Assembly (NCBI GenBank): GCA_943350445.1
Contig: CALRAE010000002.1
Span: 2,134 to 66,133, forward strand
Source of the DNA: Candidatus Nomurabacteria bacterium
GTDB lineage: Bacteria > Patescibacteriota > Minisyncoccia > Phycocordibacterales > UBA9973
Direction: 5' to 3'
Length of the DNA stretch: 64,000 nucleotides
Part shown: piece after piece, positions 60,995 to 64,000 of the stretch
Layout of the letters: every line of letters starts with the position of its first letter
Position numbering within the stretch: the stretch's first letter is position 1
Translations under genes and position numbers: made by a program
Notes under the pieces: model-generated
The model's input: the letters and a program-made list of their open reading frames with translations, nothing else
What the model was told of the DNA's origin: nothing
The model's database searches: none

Positions 60995-62761
60995 ATGCAA
61001 TCAGACGAAATTCGGTCAAGATTTTTAAAATTTTTTGAAAAAAGGGGACATAAAATAATTCCTTCTGCATCTCTAGTGCCAGAGAATGATCCTTCTGTGC
61101 TTTTTAACACTGCAGGTATGCAACCTCTTGTACCATATCTGATGGGTCAGAAACATCCGATGGGTACACGGATTGTGGATGTGCAAAAGTGTGTGCGAAC
61201 CGGGGATCTGGATGATATTGGCGACAATCGTCATTTTTCTTTTTTTGAAATGATGGGCAATTGGTCTTTAGGAGATTATTTTAAAGAAGATGCAATTAAG
61301 TGGAGCTATGAATTTTTAACTTCTAAGGAAGAAGGTCTTGGTCTCGATCCAAAACGTCTATATGTGACCGTCTTTGAAGGTGACGAAAATGCTCCAAAAG
61401 ATATTGAATCAATAGAAATTTGGAAAAGTGTGGGTATTACAGAAAATAGAATTTACTTCTTGCCAAAAGAAGACAACTGGTGGAGTCCTGGAGACAATGG
61501 TCCATGTGGTCCATGTAGTGAAATGTTTTATGATATGACGGGCAATGTGGGAGATTTAACACCAGCGGGTTTTATTGAAGCCATAAAAAAAGAAGATGTG
61601 ATTGAGATTTGGAATGATGTTTTTATGGAATATGAAAAGAAGGATGGGGAGGTAATTGGTAAACTTAAGCAAAAAAATGTAGATACTGGCGCAGGACTGG
61701 AGCGTATGACAGCAGTCATGCAGGGCAAGAAGACTGCGTACGATACGGATTTGTTTCAAGGAGCATTCATAAGTTTCGATCAAAGATTAAAAGAATTAAA
61801 ATTTTTTGAGAGAGATGAAAAGACGATTAGATCTATAAGAATTATTCTAGATCATTTTAGAACCTCTCTGTTTTTGGTGTCTGATGGTGTTGTTCCTTCT
61901 AATAAAGAAGCAGGATATGTTTTACGCAGATTAATAAGGAGAGGTTGGACCTATTTTAAAAGACTTATACCAGTATCTTCTTCTGAAGACCTAGATATAT
62001 TATTTAATTTGTACATCAATAAGTACAAAAATCAATATCCAGGAATTTTAATAGTAAAGCATAGTATTATTACTGATGAAATATCTAAATTTTCCAAAAC
62101 TTTAGAAAATGGATTAAAAGAATTCGAAAAAGGTATAGATCCATTTATACTTGCTACCACTTATGGTTTCCCAATAGAGCTCACTCTTGAACTCGCCAAA
62201 GAAAAAGGTGAGATAGTAGATCTTGAAGGTTTCCATAAAAAAATGACAGAGCACCAGAAACTTTCTCAGACTTCTTCCACTGGTATGTTTAAAGGAGGTC
62301 TTGCGAATCATAACCAAAAAACTATTAGGCTACACACAGCACATCACCTACTGTTGGCTGGGTTACAAGCTGTTGTTGATAAAAATATTAAACAACGGGG
62401 GAGTAATATTACAGATGAACGTTTGAGGTTAGATTTCTTGTGTGATCATAAACTTACTGATGAAGAAAAGAAAAAAGTAGAAGACTGGGTTAATGAAAAA
62501 ATAAAATCTGGTCTAGATGTTACTCGTAGAGAATTACCATTATATGTTGCAGAAAAAATAGGGGCTGAAATGGAATTTGGAGCAAAATACCCCGAGGTTG
62601 TGTCTGTGTATCTTATTGAAGATAAAGATAGCAACCCTATTTCAAAAGAATTCTGTGGTGGTCCACATGTAAAAAATACTTCAGAACTTGGTCAATTCAA
62701 GATTCAAAAAGAAGAGGCTGTGGCTCAGGGCGTGAGACGCATTAAAGCCATACTGGTGTAG
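60995..62761 (+). CDS. alaS: Alanine--tRNA ligase, compact form without the C-Ala domain
   Basis: N-terminus MQSDEIRSRFLKFFEKRGHKIIPSASLVPENDPSVLFNTAGM. Editing-site HxxxH (TAHHLLLAGL) and CxxxH (CGGPHV). Confidence 0.85.
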   Translation: MQSDEIRSRFLKFFEKRGHKIIPSASLVPENDPSVLFNTAGMQPLVPYLMGQKHPMGTRIVDVQKCVRTGDLDDIGDNRHFSFFEMMGNWSLGDYFKEDAIKWSYEFLTSKEEGLGLDPKRLYVTVFEGDENAPKDIESIEIWKSVGITENRIYFLPKEDNWWSPGDNGPCGPCSEMFYDMTGNVGDLTPAGFIEAIKKEDVIEIWNDVFMEYEKKDGEVIGKLKQKNVDTGAGLERMTAVMQGKKTAYDTDLFQGAFISFDQRLKELKFFERDEKTIRSIRIILDHFRTSLFLVSDGVVPSNKEAGYVLRRLIRRGWTYFKRLIPVSSSEDLDILFNLYINKYKNQYPGILIVKHSIITDEISKFSKTLENGLKEFEKGIDPFILATTYGFPIELTLELAKEKGEIVDLEGFHKKMTEHQKLSQTSSTGMFKGGLANHNQKTIRLHTAHHLLLAGLQAVVDKNIKQRGSNITDERLRLDFLCDHKLTDEEKKKVEDWVNEKIKSGLDVTRRELPLYVAEKIGAEMEFGAKYPEVVSVYLIEDKDSNPISKEFCGGPHVKNTSELGQFKIQKEEAVAQGVRRIKAILV

Positions 62762-62795
62762 TTTTCAAAGATTATTTTGTGGTATAATTAATGTA

Positions 62796-63986
62796 ATGGA
62801 TATCTTTTCAAAAGATAAAAACGCAGAGAAATTGATATTGGTTTTTTATGTTGGGTCTTCGTCAGTCGGAGGTGCATTTTTCTGTACACAAAAATCAGGA
62901 ATTCCCAAAATAGTTTTTTCTATTCGTGAGCCTATAGCCCTAGAAGACAATATAGAACCCAAGCGTTTTTTTACTTCGACTATGAAATCTTTAGAAATTG
63001 TGGCTAACTTAGTTCATAGTGCGGGTGTGGGTGCACCAGAGGAGGTATACTGTGTCCTGTCTTCGCTTTGGTATGTTTCTCAAACGAGAGTTATAAAGCT
63101 TGAAAAGAATACGCCTTTTATTTTTACAACAAAGCTCGCAGATGGTTTGATTCAAAAAGAAATATCTCTGTTTGAGGATGAGCATTCTAAAGACTATGCT
63201 ATCTCTGGCAACCCAGTTCGATTGATTGAACTTAAAAATATAAAAACAGTTCTAAATGGATATGAAACGTCGAATCCAATAAATCAAAAAGGTAAAGAGC
63301 TTGAAATGACGATCTTTGTTTCGATAAGTAGTGAACAGGTGTTGGGCAAGATAGAAGATATAGTGGGTAAGCATTTTCATTCTAAAAAAATAAAGTTCTC
63401 TTCTTTTGCCCTCTCTTCTTTTGCGGTGGTGCGAGATATGTATGTACAAAGTGAGAATTTCCTTATGGTCAATGTTGGTGGAGAAGTTACGGACATCTCG
63501 ATGATTAAAAATAATATATTGCGTGAGTCGATTTCTTTTCCCCTTGGTTCAAATTTTATGATACGTGGGGTAGCAGCTGTTTCAAAGTCCTCACTTGATG
63601 AAGCTAAATCATCGATATATCTTTTAAAAGATGGCCACGCCGCAGACTCTGTTATGAAGAAGCTTAACCCCGTAGTAAATAAATTAAAGATGGAGTGGCT
63701 CCACAAATTTCAAGAATCTTTGTCCAATCTTTCGAATGATATATCTGTCCCTTCAACTATTTACTTGACTGTAGACAAAGATTTAGCTGATTTTTTTACA
63801 GAAATAATTAAAAATGAACAGTTCAATCAGTACACTCTAACTGAATCTAAGTTCAAGATTATCTTTCTGGGCGCAGAAGTTTTTCATGGTATGGCAGATT
63901 TCAAGGAGAATATAATCCGTGATCCATTTCTAATAATCGATTCTGTCTACATTAATAGGTTTTTAATTAATGCCGTTAAAATATAA
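62796..63986 (+). CDS. Hypothetical protein with a possible actin-like ATPase fold (FtsA/PilM-like)
   Basis: LILVFYVGSSSVGGAFF and FLMVNVGGEVTDISMI resemble the phosphate-1 and phosphate-2 motifs of the ASKHA fold. Weak. Confidence 0.3.
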   Translation: MDIFSKDKNAEKLILVFYVGSSSVGGAFFCTQKSGIPKIVFSIREPIALEDNIEPKRFFTSTMKSLEIVANLVHSAGVGAPEEVYCVLSSLWYVSQTRVIKLEKNTPFIFTTKLADGLIQKEISLFEDEHSKDYAISGNPVRLIELKNIKTVLNGYETSNPINQKGKELEMTIFVSISSEQVLGKIEDIVGKHFHSKKIKFSSFALSSFAVVRDMYVQSENFLMVNVGGEVTDISMIKNNILRESISFPLGSNFMIRGVAAVSKSSLDEAKSSIYLLKDGHAADSVMKKLNPVVNKLKMEWLHKFQESLSNLSNDISVPSTIYLTVDKDLADFFTEIIKNEQFNQYTLTESKFKIIFLGAEVFHGMADFKENIIRDPFLIIDSVYINRFLINAVKI

Positions 63987-64000
63987 TCTATGGCGAAGAA

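Noticed and set aside
1-64000. CRISPR arrays, IS elements/transposases, integrases, rRNA, tmRNA
   Set aside because: No regularly spaced direct repeats with unique spacers. No ORF with DDE/HUH/tyrosine-recombinase motifs. The palindromic elements carry no ORFs. No tmRNA-like tRNA-like 3' end (GGGGGTTCGAATCCCCC..CCA) other than the two true tRNAs.

Overview
The 64-kb window is an AT-rich (~37-40% GC), gene-dense chromosomal segment. Gene content and protein sizes look like a reduced-genome bacterium of the Candidate Phyla Radiation (Patescibacteria) type. Most of it is housekeeping: truB (3' end), a UvrD-like helicase-nuclease, pheS/pheT, gyrB, thrS, rpmF, a NusB-Nudix fusion, rnc, a short SMC, rnr, rpsP with a KH protein and trmD, rpoB-rpoC-dnaG-rpoD, tsf-rpsB, proS, mreB-mreC, tgt, typA, mltG, mnmA, an MgtC-family gene and alaS. 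Two tRNAs are present, tRNA-Thr(UGU) and tRNA-Tyr(GUA). An unannotated RNase P RNA gene (rnpB) lies on the minus strand under a spurious ORF. There are two glycosyltransferase modules, a processive GT2 carrying the QxxRW motif and a Dpm1-like GT2 paired with a GT-C-like membrane protein, and a ~1,000-aa surface fibre protein with a phage-tail-fibre-like C-terminal intramolecular-chaperone domain. The most unusual signals are:

1. At least four families of short GC-rich palindromic elements inserted in frame into conserved genes (pheS, pheT, mnmA, tgt, thrS, rnr) and into one intergenic site, reminiscent of Rickettsia palindromic elements.
2. A ~1.7-kb island of ~55-60% GC between rnr and rpsP that carries an unrecognisable 327-aa ORF.
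3. Back-to-back promoters sharing one palindromic TTGCAA -35 hexamer that drive rnpB and a short terminated transcript.
4. A second GC-rich secreted-protein gene next to tRNA-Tyr, with an operator-like inverted repeat.
5. Domain fusions (NusB-Nudix, DD-carboxypeptidase-CapA).

No CRISPR array, IS element or rRNA was found.
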